In this document: in pieces, positions 25,668 through 38,478 of the stretch
How the letters are laid out: each line of letters begins with the position of its first letter
Numbering within the stretch: the first letter of the stretch is position 1
NCBI GenBank assembly: GCA_010405405.1
Contig: MU004232.1
Span: forward strand, 2,189,481-2,253,480
Origin: Microthyrium microscopicum
Taxonomy: Eukaryota
Direction: 5' to 3'
DNA: 64,000 nt
Made by a program: the position numbers and the translations under genes
The notes under the pieces: generated by a model
Database searches by the model: none
Told to the model about the DNA's origin: nothing
Seen by the model: only the letters and a program-made list of their open reading frames with translations

Positions 25668-26148
25668 GCATCATATTTTCGATATATACTGGAGCTAGGA
25701 CCCAAACCCACTGCGACCATGAATGACGGTTGGAAATACACTTGACATTGATTGCAATGGATGGAAAGCTTCGTGCTCGTGGTGCGACCGCCTTCTATGT
25801 CAGTCGCATTCAAAGCCATCTCGCCGATGAATATCAGGCGGATCTGAACACCACATCTTATATGGAGATCAAGGAAAGAGGAGTGTCCAACAAAAGCAAT
25901 ACGGAAGATGGATATATCAACAACGATGAGTACCAAGTCGGTACATTATATAATCTTTGTAATCGAGAGGCATTCTGCAAGGGCGTAACTTCTGCCATAC
26001 AGCATTGGGCAGATCCAGGCCGGTTTTTCGGTGGTCTTCGTATGTTTGCGATGGTCAAGGCGACCTTTGATTGAGGAGAGGGATATACCCAGCAATTGTT
26101 TGTAGTTCAATAAATCATTTGATTATTCGTATCCTAAACAAAACATTG

Positions 26149-26976
26149 CTACAAGTCAGGCGGAAGATGCATCTTCAACTTCCTCGTCGCTCGCTCAGTA
26201 GGTCGATGTATAAACTGTGATCCATGAAGCTCAAATACCAGCACTTGGTTCTTTGAATCTTCATGGCCTTCTTCCTGCCTGTCCACTTGCTCAGCCACGC
26301 CATCTTTACCTCCCCCGACATCCTCACTGCCCCCAACAGGAATCTCAACCCGAAACACCGTATGTTCCTTCGGCACAACTATCACCATCTATTAGCCATG
26401 TCTCCCCGTTTATACAAGTTCCAACATACCTTTAATCGCATCCCCCTTCACAACAACCTCCACCGTCCCCCTCGTCTCCTTAACCACAATCCCCTTAATC
26501 CCCACACGACTAACATTCCGACATCTCACAACCTCTACGCCCGCGCCATGTAAATCCGCCGAACTCAACAACGGACCCGCCTGATCCTTCGCCACATGCA
26601 CTCCCCTTCCCCCACCATTCTCGCGTCCAGATATCCCGAGTATCTCACGAACATAACCCAACCACAGGGCATGCAAAGCTTGCATATCATTCCATAAACC
26701 CGATCTCCTTTCTATCTCATGTACGCCCAGCGCGCGCTTCTGTTTCGCGGAGAGCGGTTTTGGTTTGCGATTCCGGCGTTCCTTGGAAGCTTCTTTGGCT
26801 GTGCGTTTAGCGGCGCGTTGGGCGCGGGTGCTGGTGGAGAGGTCGGTGGTTGTTGTGGGGGTTAGGAAGAGGGGACGGCGGAGGATTAGGTCTGTGTGGA
26901 GGGTGCTGGCGTGGGTGGGGGAGTGGGTGCGTTCGAGGAGGGTTTTTGAGAGGGGTTGGGATTGGGGAGTGGACAT
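26149..26976 (-). CDS. POP4: RNase P/MRP subunit Pop4/Rpp29
   Basis: LHALWLGY, ADLHGA, VGIKGIVVKET, VPKEHTVFR and ELHGSQF..RPTERA. Intron 26429-26379. Confidence 0.93.
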
Positions 26977-27719
26977 TTTGGGGTGGAGAGGTTGGATGGT
27001 GGGTGGGAGAAATGTGATGATGGGGATGGTGTTGAGAAATGAGCTTGGACTGGAGTTGAGATCGATGGCGCTTAGGGCGCTTGTTGTTAGCGGTAAGAAT
27101 TTAGGACATGCGATCAATTTCAGTGGGCTTCAACCACACTTCTGGACAAAAGATGATATATTTCCCATCAGATTCGATGGGCAGCCAAGGAAGCAAAACA
27201 GGCTGTAGATATCAGAGCACTCTACGAAAGCCCGTGGCAGGTAAGAGCTATGGGAGTGATGAGGCATGTCAATTCTGTTGTCCAGGCGTTGATATATCTA
27301 CTGATTATTTGAGTATACCAGCTGTTCTGGAGAATTTGGAAGGCACAGCCACAAAGTTTCATGCATGAACCGGAACGGATTTGACGATCTCAGCCTGATT
27401 GTGCTTTGCAATACTATAACAAATCAATGGTCCGCTCTGAGAGACTAAGATGTCTCCCATCGCACTTCACGGTGATGAAATGCTTTGCTGCCCAGCGCAT
27501 TTGATGTTAAGTCAAGATTTGTACACGCTCAATGGCAAATCAAGCACTCGATAATAGAACGTAGCATATGGGAGCCATCGAAGCTGATGGGAGCACGCTA
27601 GTTATTTTACATCAGTCCATATGCTCCGAATTTTGATACAAATCATCAAATTATGCTCTGAATCAGTGGGAATAATGCAATGCAACTACAAAAAAGACAT
27701 CAAAACCGCCAGCATACGT

Positions 27720-30700
27720 TTAAAGCTCCGGCATAATAAGCGCAAACTCAGACATGTCTGGCGGCTGTTTATCAACCTGCACCTTGAGTTTCTTGTCAAA
27801 AAACGCTCCCCGATTATCTATCGCCAGATCCTCACTGAATGCCCTCGTCCTCGCGACTTCATCGTCACTGATTCCCAGATCGTCAGTCGGTATCCATATG
27901 CCTGGCTTGCTCTCCCGTAATACAGGATGCGCAAATGCTATGGAGATAAGCATATCCCGCTCTTCTGGTGCCAGATTTTCGATCTCGTCGTTGTGCTGCA
28001 TAATAATCTTGGAGATGGGATCGTTCATCATCTGCGCTTCAATGTCCTTGCGGCGCGGCATGAGTGCATGTACCGCGTGAGGGACTGCGTGAGGGACAAT
28101 CTGGCTAGCTCGATTTTCGAATTTGTTCTCCAGATGCGCGAGACGCGCTTCGTCGAGGGGACGATTTAGGCGGTTGAGGATGCGTTGGGCGGATTTGCGG
28201 TCCTCGCGCTGTTGGGCTTGGAAGTCTTGGGAGCGGTGAGACGCTGCATTGGACGGCTGTTGGCGAAAGGAGGGGCGGTGCATGCTTGATAGTGCTGGTG
28301 TCGCTGGAGTTGCTGGAGTTTGGGGTATGTCTGTAATTTCATGACTTCTTTCTGGTGTGCTTGGCACTTGTAGGGTATTGGTTTCGGTTTTTTCTAGTTC
28401 TGTGGTATCTTCGTCGTCTCCGGCACTTGAATGTGAGCGACGTACTTCGTCGTATTCTGCTAACAAAGCTTTTGCCTCACTGTCAAGCCGAACAGGGGCG
28501 TATTTGTAGAGGGGAGAAAGATGGTGGGTCAGCCATATTTGGTAGAGAGCGGTTAAAGCAATGACAACGCCCATGATGATGCCCTGTGTATCGCATGCGA
28601 CTTTGTCATTAATGTCTCGTACCAAAAAGAAGAGACCTGTAAGGCAGAACTCCATGATATAGAGTCCAGTGAATAGTTGAGTGACGGCACTTGGGAAGAA
28701 CAAGCCGGCACCATCTACCTGTCCAGTTCGCACACAATAGAGCAGATTGTTCTTGATCACTACCCAAAAAAGACTGAAGGTAATGAGCACGAATAGCAGC
28801 ATGAGCGGCGCAATAACACAATACACCAGACCAATCACCGCAAAGGTAGTATACCACGGGATATTGCTACCAATTCGAGTCAGGTTCGTCCAGCTGAGCT
28901 TTTGAAAGACAGAGTCGGGTGTGTTGACGTGGCCGATGACATAGAACTTGAAGAGCCGAATAGTCTGCAGTATTGATGTCGCACTAAGAGACAATGCTTG
29001 CAGAATCAGGAAAGAAAAGTAGTAGTTGGCGGCTGTAGGCAAATTTTGGGCGAGGATATTGGGTACTGACGCAGGACTTCTGATCAAGTCTCCAACAATA
29101 CTCGTAAGACCAGAAGAGACAGTTGGAATGACTACAAGTTCGACCATGAGGAAGATGAAGTACCACATCTGAAGCGAGCGCTCTCCTTCTTGTCCAGTTG
29201 TTGCACCTCGCGTTTTGTTGGTCATGGCGCGAAGCACAATTGGAAGTGGACCGCTGAGAACAATAACCTGAATGACTGGAGGAAGGGTACCTTGGACGAA
29301 GGAGAGCAACCAAGGAGGAAGATTAGATATCCAGCGAAGCCAAGTGTAGGTATCACTAAGAGTCGAGGCCCTGGATAGAATACCTGTCGCGAAAGATATA
29401 ATACCGAACACAATTAGGACCAGGAGAAACAATGTGAGGAAACCAGCCAATCGAATATACCGTGATTTCCAGGTAATATTTAAACTTGGCCAATTGATAT
29501 CACCAGGCGAAATCTCCACCAAACGACGTCTCATTCTACTCGGGGTGGTATCAGCAACAGACTGACAGGCAAGATGTGCTGCCTTCTGAGAGTTGAACTG
29601 GATAAACGCTGAATAGTTTTGTGGATACGCGTCTTCGGTCGCAGTATCCATTTCGATTTCCTTGTTCAGTCGAGCAAGCTCTCTGCGACAGTAATAAATG
29701 GTATCGATATGGGAGCAGAAAAATCTTCCAATTAATGGTATCTTGGCTAGACCAGCATGGTTTTCTTTGGGTATTCTCATGGTCGATCGATGTTTGGGTT
29801 TGATGTATTTTGTCCACGCAGCCTGAGATTTGATGTCATATTCGAGATCCCGCTGACAGGACTCTGGGGTTCCAGGACCGATGCGTGGGCCACCTTGGCC
29901 TGACATCTGAGTTCCGTTAGAGTGGTGTAATGCGAGTCCTGAATCCAATGAGGTGGCACCATTTCGTGTCGCTTCAGTAAGGTTCTTCATCTTACGACTT
30001 CGTTTCATGGCCTTTCGAAGCATGTCAGTCTCAGCATTCTCCAGCAGATCCTCGTATTTCCTTCTGAGAGTGTCCTTGTTCACAAGAGCCGTAAAATCGC
30101 GATTGATCCAGATTCGCCGAATGCCGCCTGGAAAGTCTCCATACAGTTCTTCGAGGGATTCTACATCACACAATGTCTTTGGGATGTCTTGTATAAGCAC
30201 AGTCGTGCTTGAAGCCTTCAACCGATGGCCAGGGCTGCTCAAATATTCTCCTCTCTTCTGAATATAGTGTAGCAGCTCTTGGTGAAACACAAAACAAACC
30301 CATACTACAGCTCCTATCGCCAGTACCAGATGGGCCCAGTATCGATTGGTATTGGCAGGCGACACATTTGACCAGCCCAAAGTGTCCAATCCAGTAACGT
30401 TGTATCTGTAGTTTCCAATAGCGCTTGTACCTTTGCCTCCTTTGACGTTTAAAGGTATTAAAATGGGCATGATGATGACAGCCATAGGCGCAAAGATCTT
30501 CAGACACATGCTGAGATATCTAATGAAGAAGTATGCGTCCATTCCAGCCTTGTGCAGGACATCCGGGTCCTCGGGGATTTTGAAAAGATGCCATAGCCAT
30601 TTGAAAGGATTGGCATGAGGCGGTTTTACTCTTTGACTAAATGGTACCAGGTAAGATCGTGGCTGATATATTCGTTTTGCCCAGAGATAATTGCGTATTA

Positions 30701-30848
30701 TGAGGAAAAGGGTGAATTGAACGAAAAATAGGACAAAACCGGCGGCCAAGGAGATGAGTAGGGTGGTGATTGTTGTGCCGACTCTGTTCTGAGCGGCTCC
30801 AGCATTACCATTAACGGTTCCATTGAGGAAGGTTATTATATCGGACAT
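27720..30848 (-). CDS. CSC1/OSCA (DUF221, TMEM63-like) calcium-permeable stress-gated channel
   Basis: 1042-aa intronless ORF with IYQPRSYL, GMDAYFFIRYL, SAFIQFNSQKAAH, LAQNLPTAANYYFSF, IAPLML and many TM helices. Confidence 0.95.
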   Translation of the reverse strand: MSDIITFLNGTVNGNAGAAQNRVGTTITTLLISLAAGFVLFFVQFTLFLIIRNYLWAKRIYQPRSYLVPFSQRVKPPHANPFKWLWHLFKIPEDPDVLHKAGMDAYFFIRYLSMCLKIFAPMAVIIMPILIPLNVKGGKGTSAIGNYRYNVTGLDTLGWSNVSPANTNRYWAHLVLAIGAVVWVCFVFHQELLHYIQKRGEYLSSPGHRLKASSTTVLIQDIPKTLCDVESLEELYGDFPGGIRRIWINRDFTALVNKDTLRRKYEDLLENAETDMLRKAMKRSRKMKNLTEATRNGATSLDSGLALHHSNGTQMSGQGGPRIGPGTPESCQRDLEYDIKSQAAWTKYIKPKHRSTMRIPKENHAGLAKIPLIGRFFCSHIDTIYYCRRELARLNKEIEMDTATEDAYPQNYSAFIQFNSQKAAHLACQSVADTTPSRMRRRLVEISPGDINWPSLNITWKSRYIRLAGFLTLFLLVLIVFGIISFATGILSRASTLSDTYTWLRWISNLPPWLLSFVQGTLPPVIQVIVLSGPLPIVLRAMTNKTRGATTGQEGERSLQMWYFIFLMVELVVIPTVSSGLTSIVGDLIRSPASVPNILAQNLPTAANYYFSFLILQALSLSATSILQTIRLFKFYVIGHVNTPDSVFQKLSWTNLTRIGSNIPWYTTFAVIGLVYCVIAPLMLLFVLITFSLFWVVIKNNLLYCVRTGQVDGAGLFFPSAVTQLFTGLYIMEFCLTGLFFLVRDINDKVACDTQGIIMGVVIALTALYQIWLTHHLSPLYKYAPVRLDSEAKALLAEYDEVRRSHSSAGDDEDTTELEKTETNTLQVPSTPERSHEITDIPQTPATPATPALSSMHRPSFRQQPSNAASHRSQDFQAQQREDRKSAQRILNRLNRPLDEARLAHLENKFENRASQIVPHAVPHAVHALMPRRKDIEAQMMNDPISKIIMQHNDEIENLAPEERDMLISIAFAHPVLRESKPGIWIPTDDLGISDDEVARTRAFSEDLAIDNRGAFFDKKLKVQVDKQPPDMSEFALIMPEL

Positions 30849-32019
30849 GTCTGGTCGCGATGTGCAATAGCATGATCGACCTGTTGGCGTGTTCTAATTA
30901 CTGTATATCGTACGAAACATAGATAGCCGATGGAAGGATAGAAGGGACAGGGGAGGTAGGGAGAATAAGAAACAAGCGTCGGCCAGTGCTCAAAGGATCG
31001 CGAGAGTACTATATGTACCACGAGTAGGATCTGGGAACTTGTAACGATTTGGAGTGTGTTGGAGGAAGAATTTGACAGGTTGCCAACGCGTAGGAGGTAG
31101 ATTGTTGTTAGGTTTTGGCACAAAGGATGGTTTTGGGGCGTTTCACAGTCTTTGGTAGAGATCTCTTGGTATCGCATTAAATTGGGTCACTAGTGTGACA
31201 GGGGTACGTCATAGATATGCGCCGATCCGACGCTAGTCCTGTTCGGCTGTCACCCGGCTTCCCGGTTTCACGATATCGGCTGCGTCTACCTCCCATTGCA
31301 TACAACGTCAAGAAACAATACGCACAAAAGTCAAATGAACAAGAGAAGAGAAATAATTACCCTGGGCCATGAGCGTGCGCCTCTTTTCGGCATATTCGTT
31401 ATGAGAAAAACACACGAACAAAGTTTTGCAAGCGATTTGAGGATCGAACTTCGTCAACAGGCGCCAATTTCAAACAAAAAAATGTATTGCCCAATATCAG
31501 AGAATCAGATTTCGTTCCAGGCCAAACATAATATTTTTTCGTTGCCTGAGTACTCTATACATGACCAATGTTGTGTTGGGAACCAGTCAGGAATAAACAG
31601 ATTCATGCGGAAAAAGATGACCGAGTTATGTACTGTCATAGGTAGATCATGTAGTACTTGTCAAAATCTCTATGAAAACCGAGGAATTGAATCTCGTCAT
31701 GCCTCTCGTTCATAATGGCAAATATGAGGACTTTGTAGTCATTATCGGATCGGAGGTATCCATCAACCTTCATTTTCAAAGTGGCTCAAAATGATTTTGC
31801 TCTGCTCTCCTATTGGTTGGTACTTCAGCCTTATAAGTTGCCCCATAAACCCATGTTCTCTCTCATTTAGATACCCGAAATTCTACCATCGGTTAATCAT
31901 GGCCGCTTTCAATGCCTCTTAAATGTGACCAAAGATTCAACAATTGCAGCCGGTTGTACTATACTACGAAGTAGCTTATTGAACTTCCACATATCATATC
32001 AGTCGTCTACAATACTAAA

Positions 32020-32947
32020 ATGAGTAAAGTCGCATTGATCACTGGTGGTGTTAGGTATTTCATTCAAAACCTGAACTAAGAATTATGTTTGCTAACTCTC
32101 TATCAGCGGGATGGGACTGGCCGTAGCTGAAGGTCTTCTGAAAAAAGGCGGTTGGAACGTCCACCTCCTCGACGTCAACGCCCAGCGCGGCCAAGAAACC
32201 GCTACCAAGCTCGGAGATCGGGCCCATTTCTACCAAACCAACGTAACCTCTTACGCCTCCTTGGCCGGCGTCTTCGAAAGAGTCTTCAAATCAGAAGGAC
32301 GCCTAGACTTTGTCTTTGCCAACGCCGGTATCGTGGAACGCTGGAACTTTTATGAAACGCACTCAGGGAGCGGTCCACCACCTGAGCCAGATCAGGCCGT
32401 TATCGACATCAATTTAAAAGCTGTCATCTCAACTTCATATTTGGCTCAGCACTATTTCCGTCTCTGTCCTACGAAAGATGCGGCGGGTCAGTCACTGATC
32501 ATGACGGCAAGCACGGGTGGGCTTTATAAAGCGCCGTTTTGCAGCATGTATACTGCGTCGAAACACGGTGTTGTGGGCTTCATGAGGAGTATTGCGGATC
32601 ATTATTATGCACATGATAATATTCGGGTTAATGCGATTTGTCCTTCGTCGGTTAGGACGAACCTTTTGGACGACAGTGCTTGGTCGGAATTTCCACAGGA
32701 ATACTTCACCCCGATTGAGAAGATTGTTGAGACTGTTCTCATGCTTATTGAGGGAGGAGATTTGGTTGATACGAAAGGGGTTAAGATCCCGCAAGGCAAG
32801 GATTTTGGAAGAGCTGTGGAGATTAGTCAAACAAATCATTACTTCAGAGAGCAGGTGGAGTATTCAGATGATGTGTTGAGAGCTATGATGGCGGCTACTG
32901 ATGTGGCAGCTGATGAAACTCAGGACAAACGATTTGCCAAAAGCTAG
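32020..32947 (+). CDS. Short-chain dehydrogenase/reductase (15-PGDH-like)
   Basis: ITGGVSGMG across intron 32055-32106, FANAG, YTASKHG (YxxxK) and IRVNAICP. Confidence 0.93.
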
Positions 32948-33534
32948 ATATTGGTCAATTTCCAGTCTTCTAGCACTCTACGTACGATAGTTAAAACAAA
33001 TGGTCTAGCGTCAACTAATTTGTGTCTCTAGCTGCGTTGTGACAGGTGCTGAATCCTTATTTGACAGACGACAATTGCCAAATTGAATGGCACGCGACCG
33101 ACAACAGAGATATTGGCCAGCGCACTCTTTGATGCAAGAGCTTACGTACCATATAATATCATATATGGCGGTCTGTAGCTTTACGGCGCGTTCAATGACA
33201 TTAAGTTGATCGACGGCGAAAGGTTGCTGGTGAAGGTCGAATAGTCTCATGGGACCATGCTCTTAAGCTCTTTATTTTTAATCTGAAAGCCAATAGTAGC
33301 CTAGTAAGGCAGCCTACAGAATCTTGTCGTCAGGCGTTGGAAAGGGTGTTGAGTGATATGTAAACCGATGTACTTTCTAAAATGTTGAGTGCATGTGTTA
33401 CGAGTACGTGGTTTGTGATAGTCAAGGGTAACAATCACTTGCTAGTTTGTTCCCTGCTAGTAAAGTTTGGTGCTGATCAATCTATAAAACGCTCATTTGT
33501 GTCTTTTGCTTAGATGACCTTGAGCGACGTCGTC

Positions 33535-35065
33535 ATGTCTTCAAGTGTCTGCCTTCTATTCCGGCTGCCAAACGAGCTGGTGATCGAAATATTTCGGTTG
33601 GTGTTCGAGCACGAAACGATACGATGGGACAATGACAGGTATCAAAACCGCCTCGCGCTTGTCTAGGTTAACAAGAAGTTTGCACAACTCAATTGGCCGT
33701 TCCTCTATCACACGATTCTCCTTGCAGGCGAAAGGTCTATTCCCCAACACCGATATTATCAAGCTCTTGTCCGAACTTTACAGAGTAAGCCAGGACTTGC
33801 TGGTTTCTGCAAGGGCCTGGTATTCTGTATGAGCATCTTGGACGGCCATGATTATAGCGAAAATCTTACAAAGAGATTACTTTCACTGAGCGATGTCTTA
33901 GATCACTTGTCTATCGTGGAATGGATTTCATGGACACTCCCTCGCCGTACCTTTTACGGTCATTATGTAATCATGGAGGAATCATTGAATCTCATTGCGG
34001 CGAGGTTTCCCGAGCTGAAGGTACTCCATCTAAAGTACAACAAAGCCCACCTGGGCCGTACTCACGGTACTGATGCTGGGCTGATTATGCGAGTAATTTC
34101 AGCATTTGTGCACCTAAAGGAGCTTTACTTGTCTGGATTCTCATTGCACAAGCTATCAACAGTTGAAGTAAGTAAACAAATCCGCTTGACCAGGTTGTGT
34201 CTTCGCATTCCCCCGATCTAACTGCGGTTTCCAAAGATTCCCAGGGGTACGAGCTCAGTCACAACATTATCAATTCGAAATTGTCAATTCAGTCAAGATA
34301 TTTTGAAAGGTCTGCTTCTATTTCCAAGAGAGCTTGAAAAACTGGCTTGCACTCAATATGATAGTGATCCCAATGGTCCTGGCTATCCGTATTACCAAGA
34401 TTCTGAAAGGGACTCCATTGATTTTCAAGAGATCCTCGAGCCTTGCCATATGCATCTCAAATCTCTAGCACTGGAAGCAATGCCACTTATAGCGGTAAAA
34501 CTCCTTGTTCTTGACTCGAGACTGTGCATTGTCATGCCATAAACTGATCCCTCAGAACTGTTCTAATGAATCATAGATTTTCTAATTTCCGGAACTCACA
34601 CATGTTACCCTCTCACACTGGGATCTTGTTTGCGAGCCTGGTAAAGCGCACTGGGCTACTGAGCTTTATTTCAAGGCCCCGAAGCTTGAAAGCTTCACGT
34701 GGGACTTTTCTAACAAGTATCGAGCTTGGAGCCCGACACCCTGGGGCGAAGTCACCGTCGAAACCGCAAAATGGCTTCGTGAAGTTTGTGCCATATGTCA
34801 CTCTGGCAATTATGCTCTCAAATCTGTTCATATCAAGTTTTCGGACGATGAGGAGTTCCGCGACTCTCCATTCCCTGAGGATCAGCCCGACGAGTCCTTT
34901 CCTTACGACTTTCTTAATGCTATCGACCAGCGTTTCCTTCCTGAATCAATCCGACTGTCATACAATAAGACTTTTGCGGTGGCGAAGAGACGCGCGACTT
35001 TACAGAGGCAGCAAGCGAGGCATAAGGTCCGATTATTGCTTGATGCCTACCAATCGAGGGGATAA
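33535..35065 (+). pseudogene. F-box/LRR-like gene with premature stop codon(s)
   Basis: F-box motif LFRLPNELVIEIF, then an in-frame TAG at 33664 with the frame continuing into 33829..34221. Two introns; a probable second in-frame stop (TAA 34583) precedes an open frame to 35065. Confidence 0.65.
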
Positions 35066-35513
35066 GGGCAAAAAGAATCAAAGCCATCCTATTAAATTGT
35101 TGGGGTAGAATAGTTTTGTAGCAATCTTACAGTATCATTCAGGATACAAACCAAAACCATTTGCAGTTCAATCCCATCCAAATATCGACGAAATATGTTC
35201 TTGAAACGTCCGGACGATTTGATATCATTTGACAGGTATATGGTAGTTCTATCGTTAAGAAGACAAATTATGCCCTGAATCCCATATTACACATCCAGTG
35301 ACTTTTAGATCAACAGAAAGTAATAAAACTAGTGCCCTTAGGTTGATTACAAAAAACAGGCACAAATTAATATACGCAAAGTCTATACTCAATATGTGTT
35401 TAACGAATCCGACTAGCAGGCGCATGGCTACAACATAATATCTCGCCGACCATCTCGCCGAAAATGCCCAGCTTTCGACGGCCTTACTTTTCACCCAACG
35501 TTGTACTGTCAAG

Positions 35514-36658
35514 ATGCTCGTCGCAAATCTCCTGCCACTGGCCTGGCTCAGCCTCGCCACGGCGCTCCCAGCCCTACACGATGTTGAGAACCTACCATCC
35601 ACCAGCCAGACTCACACCCTTGAGCGTCGGCAACGTGGCACGGCCGATGTGGAGGCCATCGTCGGTCCAATTGGCGCCTTCATGGGCCTAATGATGCCTT
35701 TTGCCGACAAGCTGGGAATTGATGCTAAAGGAGATATGACCACTACGCTATGCAAGACCTTCGCCAACAACGATCTAACGTCCAAAGCTGTCGAAGCCTT
35801 TGCTGGCTCGCCGAACGGCAAGGGACCGGACGAGAAATGCATGAAAGATTTATCTGGTGGCTCAGGACCATACAAATCAAAAGTGTTTGAAGACCCAACG
35901 CTCGCGAATCATACCATCTATACGCCTGAGCTACCAGTGCCTGCGGGTACGAAACTGCCGGTTGTGGCCTGGGCAAACGGGTTCTGTCTGCCAGCTGGTA
36001 CGATGTTCGAGAACTTTTTGCGTGAGCTGGCAAGTCATGGCTATATTGTCATTGCGAACGGAAAGATCAACCATGAGGGCAAATTGGGCGCAACAACAAG
36101 GGCTCCAGAGCTCTTGAAGAGCATTACGTGGATTGGCAAGAACCCGAAAGTCCAAGGCGGGTATGAAGCCGATTTGGACAAGATTGTGATTGCTGGACAG
36201 TCATGTGGAGGAGTCAATGTGTATGCCGCAGTGAACAAGGACCCTCGGATCAAGATGGCTTTGATGTTCAATAGTGGAGACTTTGGCGGAATGTCGTCTG
36301 CTTTGATCAAGTCGATCAAGGTCCCAGTTGCATACTTTGAAGGTGGATCGAAAGATTTCGCTGGACCTGCTGTGAGTATTTTCCTAGTGTATTGCCGTGG
36401 GATTAGTCGCTGACCTCCTACCAGGGATTGAAGGATTATAAAATGCTGACCACACCGGCTCTCTATGCTGATGCTGAAATTGGTCATATCGGTACCTATT
36501 ACCAGAAGTATGGCGGCAAGTTGGGAAAGATTGGTATCAGATTTCTGGAATGGAAGCTTAAGGGTGATGAGAAGGCTAAGGCCGAGTTTTGCTCTCCCGC
36601 GAATGGTCCTCTAGCATCTATTGGATTTAAGATTCAAGCAAGAAATGGAATGTGCTGA
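35514..36658 (+). CDS. Secreted alpha/beta hydrolase (chlorophyllase/cutinase-like)
   Basis: Signal peptide, pro-region ending LERR, LASHGYIVIA, nucleophile elbow GQSCGG and putative Asp (GSKD) and His (GHIGT). Intron 36372-36424. Confidence 0.9.
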
Positions 36659-36855
36659 TCGGTCAAGGTTTCCATAGTAGCCTACCTTCTGAAAACGCAG
36701 TTCAAATTGTGCTCACATGAATTTCTCCTTCTGTGAAGAGTGCTCCGAGTCTCATAACATCCTGAAAAAGATGGGAACCAGTTGTAGATTAACTTACTTT
36801 GTTATCTCATTTGTCTCGGATTGACCTCGCCTTTTGAATTTTCACCTTCAGCCGT

Positions 36856-38478
36856 TCATGCCCACGTCTTTTGAACAATGTCGTTTCCATCTCTGCAAAG
36901 CCAGCCAGCTGCTCGCCTATCAAAGTGATAAATCAGACTAAGAGCTTGGCACCATTGCTCCATGATCGAACCATAATTGCCTGTTGGGGGTTTCAAGCTC
37001 TGAATTTGGTCCGCTTGCTTGGCCTTTGGAGACCACCATTCATCGTGCCTCTCTTTGATTCCAATGACACTCTTCCAAACGGGGCAATCCGGATCTTCCA
37101 TTGGACCTAGGTCGACATATCTCCAGATCAATGTCTGTTCAGTGAGCTTGTCGCGTTGCATAGAGCGTCTACATAGCTCGATGCCACATACATTACATTT
37201 TATAATCCCGTCTGCACCCAGTTTTGGATATGATGGTGGAGAAGCTTTCGATTCCAGCGCCTCTGTAGGCCAAGAAATGTCACTTAAGCGCGAGTTTTTT
37301 CCGGAATGAGGACAAAAGTAAATGTCATCGTCGATATAGCATAAGTTATCGCCAGCCCTGGTGATCTGATTTTCTTCTCTTAGAATCAGGCGGTTTTCCA
37401 TTGCCAGTATTATGACGCAGCTATGGAATTCTCCAAGTCCTTGACGGTTTGATTCTTCGGTAACACCATACATCTGGTAGGGCTTATTGACAGCGTGACC
37501 TTGTGCCCGAGAGTGCCTTCGGATCGTGTTCAGGTTGTTCCAGCTAAGACAAGATCCAGAGCTGAGCTTGAATAATGGCATTCCGGTGTCTGCCTTGAGT
37601 TTGGACTCCAATGCCCGGTTTTTTGCCGTTCTTGGATTTAGAACAGAGCGCTTGTAAAAGGTAGGGTCAAACGCCTCGCTGGCTTTAATGGAGAGGCCGA
37701 GATAGCAGATTTTGCTCACCCATCTGGACTTATTAGACATGCGGTTTTCAGTTCGTGGGCTTCTTCCACCTCTTGCAAGCCGCTTTCGTAAATTCTTTTT
37801 GAATTCTCGTGTCGGAGGGGAGTGTTCAGAGTTCATGCTCTGAGGCATCGGATCCGACTTCTGTGGAATGAAAAGGACCTCCAGTGAACGAGGTGTTTCC
37901 GTAAATTCATGAGGAATTTCACAAGTTGCGCACGGCATGTAGGCTACTTCGCGAGAGCGATCGTCTGTTCCCTCAACTCGTGACCAGGTGTTACGATGAA
38001 TACCGCCAATGCCCATGTATAACTTGCCAGGCTCGAGAAAGCGGTTTTGCACCACGGGAATTTCTTTGTCTAGCCCAGATTTGCAATCGACGTTTCTAAA
38101 GAATAGTCGAGCTCCTTCGAGAGGATGTCGAGGTTCATTGTGAGATGAGATTTCCAAAGTGGAATGTTGGACACTACAATAATTATTTGAGGCAGACTGA
38201 TTGAAAGGCGTATATGGAGGAAGCTCGCCGCTATTTTCATCACCTGTCTGAGCTCCTACTACGCCTGTGGTTGCAGTACTGTCATTGTCGTTAGGTGCGG
38301 ACATGGCTACCCAGGTAGTTGCTTTGTGAATGGGAGTGTGGTAATAGTTGTTACTTGGATGTCGTTCTGTGAGGTATGAAAGCAAGTAATGATAAGCCTT
38401 TGAAGAAGCAATCAGCGAACTAAAAGCCGAGCCTTTATTGGATATAGATTGGGTAGAATTGTAGGGAGTTAGTGACAT
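36856..38478 (-). CDS. Hypothetical Cys/His-motif protein (start may be the later Met at 38303)
   Basis: Long intronless ORF with CATCEIPH, FCPH, CNVC and WRYVDLG...PDCPVW. Confidence 0.7.
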   Translation of the reverse strand: MSLTPYNSTQSISNKGSAFSSLIASSKAYHYLLSYLTERHPSNNYYHTPIHKATTWVAMSAPNDNDSTATTGVVGAQTGDENSGELPPYTPFNQSASNNYCSVQHSTLEISSHNEPRHPLEGARLFFRNVDCKSGLDKEIPVVQNRFLEPGKLYMGIGGIHRNTWSRVEGTDDRSREVAYMPCATCEIPHEFTETPRSLEVLFIPQKSDPMPQSMNSEHSPPTREFKKNLRKRLARGGRSPRTENRMSNKSRWVSKICYLGLSIKASEAFDPTFYKRSVLNPRTAKNRALESKLKADTGMPLFKLSSGSCLSWNNLNTIRRHSRAQGHAVNKPYQMYGVTEESNRQGLGEFHSCVIILAMENRLILREENQITRAGDNLCYIDDDIYFCPHSGKNSRLSDISWPTEALESKASPPSYPKLGADGIIKCNVCGIELCRRSMQRDKLTEQTLIWRYVDLGPMEDPDCPVWKSVIGIKERHDEWWSPKAKQADQIQSLKPPTGNYGSIMEQWCQALSLIYHFDRRAAGWLCRDGNDIVQKTWA

